Origin: Thermodesulfobacteriota bacterium
GTDB taxonomy: Bacteria; Desulfobacterota_D; UBA1144; Nemesobacterales; UBA2774
Reading direction: 5' to 3'
NCBI GenBank assembly: GCA_963422265.1
Contig: OY729416.1
Location: forward strand, 864,001-928,000
DNA length: 64,000 bases
The notes under the pieces are model-generated. The model worked only from the letters and a program-made list of their open reading frames with translations. It was not told where the DNA came from and made no database searches. Within the stretch, counting starts at the first letter, position 1; each line of letters starts with the position of its first letter. The translations under genes and the position numbers were made by a program. Positions 61,571 to 64,000 of this stretch are shown one piece after another.

Positions 61571-63973
61571 TTAAAATAAAGTTCCCACAGTAAATTGCAC
61601 CTCATAAGAATCTTCCTCAGACAACCTATCACCAATTGGAAACCCAACCTCAAGCCTTAGGGGACCTAAAGGCGATATCCATTTTACCCCAAAACCGGCG
61701 TCTCGCTTAAGATCCGCAGGATTAAAAGCTAAGTCTTCTCCATCGTTAAACACATTTCCCATGTCCAAAAAGATAACCCCCTTAAGTCCAACCTTATTAA
61801 TAAGGGGGAATATATAGTCTATACTAACAAGTAATTCCTGCGTGCCGCCAATGATGACAAAATCGTTTTCCGACTCTGAGGTTTGCAGACGAGGAGCAAC
61901 CCTCCTGAAACCAAAGCCTCTTAAAGAATAGGGTCCCCCTAGAAAAAACCGTTCACCTATTACAAGATCATTCCCATTATCAATAAGGTTAATCATTCCG
62001 TACCTGCCTTTTACAGACAGGACGGTATCAAACCAAAATGGAATCCATTGCCTTGACGATATAGTATATTTTACAAAATCGGTATTCCCACCTATCCCTG
62101 AATATTCAATGTTGGAGTTGCTCAAATTACCAGCGCTAGGGTCCAATAGATTATTTCTTGAATCCCACGTTAATCCAATACCGAAACTACTAATAATTCT
62201 ATCAGATCTTGTTATCCTACTTATAAACTCATCTTCAATACCACCTATATCAACGTCTTCATACCTATAGGTAGCATTACCGCTCAAGAACCCCCACAAC
62301 CTTCTACCGACTGTAACGCTTCCACCAAATGCTTTTCTATCAAAATCTCTATAGGATCTATCAGTTCTAAATAAAAGGGTACCAAGAGTCCAGTCAGTAT
62401 CAAGAAGATTTGGGTCCTGATAGTTAATGTAAAATAGCTGTGTTACGCCACCGATCTGCGCATTTAGAGATAACCTTTTCCCATAGCCAAAGAGGTTTGC
62501 TTCCTGTATCTGACCTGCAAAGATAAAGTTTTCTACAGAGCTAAACCCACCAGCTACGCTGAAAAAACCGGTGGATTTTTCCTTGACTTTTACCTTTAGG
62601 GCAACCTCATCCTCTTTTTCTATAACGCGCTCAGTCAAAACTTCAACGTTATCTTCAAAAAAACCAAGCCTAGAGATCCGTGGTTTAATCGCTTGGACCT
62701 CCGTCGCATTAAAAAGCTGTTCTTCCTGAATTGAAATCTCTCTCCTGATAACCTTGTCTCTCGTTCTTGTATTACCAACAATATCAATGTCTTTTACGTA
62801 AACCTCAGGTCCCTGCTCTATATTGAAGCGAACGTCCACCGTAAGCTTTTCCCTATCTAGGGAAAAGTTTGGCTCAACGTTGGCAAACGCGTACCCCTTA
62901 TCACCGTAAAACGTGGTTAGCCGAGAGATGTCTTGAGACAAATAGCTTCCTCTAAAAATTTCTCCGTTTTTCAGTCTTAATAAACCCTTAAGCTCTTGAT
63001 GGGAAGTGATCAAATCCCCTTCAAACAAGACTTCACTCACTTTATATTGATCACCCTCTTCGACCTTAAACGTAACAATGTAACCCTTTTTCTCGTCGCT
63101 ATACTCAATCTCAGGCTTGCCAACCTTTACGTCAAGAAATCCGTTATCTATATACGTAATTCGTATTCTTTCAGAATCATTTTCTATCTCCCCCAGCCTA
63201 TAAAGCCCCTTTTTGGATATAAAAGAGAATATACCCTTGGGTTTTGAGTAAATGCCTTTCTTTATGACCTTAGTTTTTAGCTTTTCATTGCCAATAAATA
63301 CAACCTTTTTAATATACGCTTTGTCCCCTTCTTCCACGTTGTAAGTAATGCTAACTGTGCCTTTCCCCTCAGGCTCTATACTATAACTTACCCGCGTATC
63401 CACAAACCCCTTATGAGAGTATAAGCTCTTTATAGCTTCCTCGCTCTTTTTCACCCTGCTTAAATCAATTACCCTCCCTTCCCTAACTTCTACGACCTCA
63501 AGTATGTCATCGCTTTTTATATCATCATTGCCCCTTATCCTAAGATCAACGATAATTGGCTTGTCTTTAACCTCGAAAACTAAAATGACTCCGTCCTGAG
63601 TCCTTTCGACCTTTGCAATTACGTCGTCAAACGCCCCTGATTCATAAATTTTCTTCACATCTTCTTTGATCTTTGTAGAGCTAAGGGGTTCTCCAACTTT
63701 AGACGATACGTCCAGAAGTATAACCTCCGACTCTATCCTCTCGTTACCTTTAACCCGGATTTCAAGAATTCTATCCTGTTTGCCATCTTCTCCAGGTTGC
63801 AAATCCCTTTGAGAAAACCTCTGATCATGAGACTCCTCTGTTACGCCTCTTTCCTGTCCATTCACCTGATTTATTTCGGAACTGAAACAAAGCGCAAGTA
63901 TGAAGAGAAATAAAATAACACAGATATTTACAAGTCTATTTAAGCTATCAATGCTCATCAACAATCCTTCCAT
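61571..63973 (-). CDS. bamA: Outer membrane protein assembly factor BamA
   Basis: POTRA repeats (GN..TRDKVIRRE), LRGF, W.SPLGPLR, C-terminal F. Confidence 0.95.
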   Translation of the reverse strand: MEGLLMSIDSLNRLVNICVILFLFILALCFSSEINQVNGQERGVTEESHDQRFSQRDLQPGEDGKQDRILEIRVKGNERIESEVILLDVSSKVGEPLSSTKIKEDVKKIYESGAFDDVIAKVERTQDGVILVFEVKDKPIIVDLRIRGNDDIKSDDILEVVEVREGRVIDLSRVKKSEEAIKSLYSHKGFVDTRVSYSIEPEGKGTVSITYNVEEGDKAYIKKVVFIGNEKLKTKVIKKGIYSKPKGIFSFISKKGLYRLGEIENDSERIRITYIDNGFLDVKVGKPEIEYSDEKKGYIVTFKVEEGDQYKVSEVLFEGDLITSHQELKGLLRLKNGEIFRGSYLSQDISRLTTFYGDKGYAFANVEPNFSLDREKLTVDVRFNIEQGPEVYVKDIDIVGNTRTRDKVIRREISIQEEQLFNATEVQAIKPRISRLGFFEDNVEVLTERVIEKEDEVALKVKVKEKSTGFFSVAGGFSSVENFIFAGQIQEANLFGYGKRLSLNAQIGGVTQLFYINYQDPNLLDTDWTLGTLLFRTDRSYRDFDRKAFGGSVTVGRRLWGFLSGNATYRYEDVDIGGIEDEFISRITRSDRIISSFGIGLTWDSRNNLLDPSAGNLSNSNIEYSGIGGNTDFVKYTISSRQWIPFWFDTVLSVKGRYGMINLIDNGNDLVIGERFFLGGPYSLRGFGFRRVAPRLQTSESENDFVIIGGTQELLVSIDYIFPLINKVGLKGVIFLDMGNVFNDGEDLAFNPADLKRDAGFGVKWISPLGPLRLEVGFPIGDRLSEEDSYEVQFTVGTLF

Positions 63974-64000
63974 TAGAGAGTATGATCCTTCTATCTAACC

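Overview
Bacterial chromosomal window, by eye about 40% GC. Gene content and protein style suggest a deltaproteobacterium-like lineage, possibly Ca. Dadabacteria (inference, not verified). It is mostly housekeeping: ddl, thiolase, lysA, hemD-hemE fusion plus hemH, obgE, rpoH, alaS, purL-purF, valS, the tRNA-tuf-rpmG-secE-nusG-rplKAJL-rpoBC cluster, bamA-skp-fabZ and 9 tRNAs. Two regions stand out. (1) 1-7321: a markedly GC-richer giant surface-protein gene with 18 Calx-beta-like modules and at least 4 FN3 domains that runs off the window edge. It is broken by two small insertions and preceded by a 37-nt homopolymer lying between a host-type sigma70 promoter/ATG and the coding body (phase-variation switch or assembly junction). 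(2) About 26770-32165: a six-gene minus-strand locus with two paralogous long acetoacetate-decarboxylase-fold proteins, a thiolase-like protein lacking the N-terminal Cys, a DUF35 OB-fold, a MaoC hydratase and an AmiS/UreI channel. It has an extreme G/T-rich coding-strand skew, also in intergenic DNA, that elsewhere in the window is seen only in tuf. This suggests a multi-copy, gene-converted operon for an uncharacterised small-molecule pathway. No CRISPR array, rRNA, integrase, transposase or reverse transcriptase was seen.
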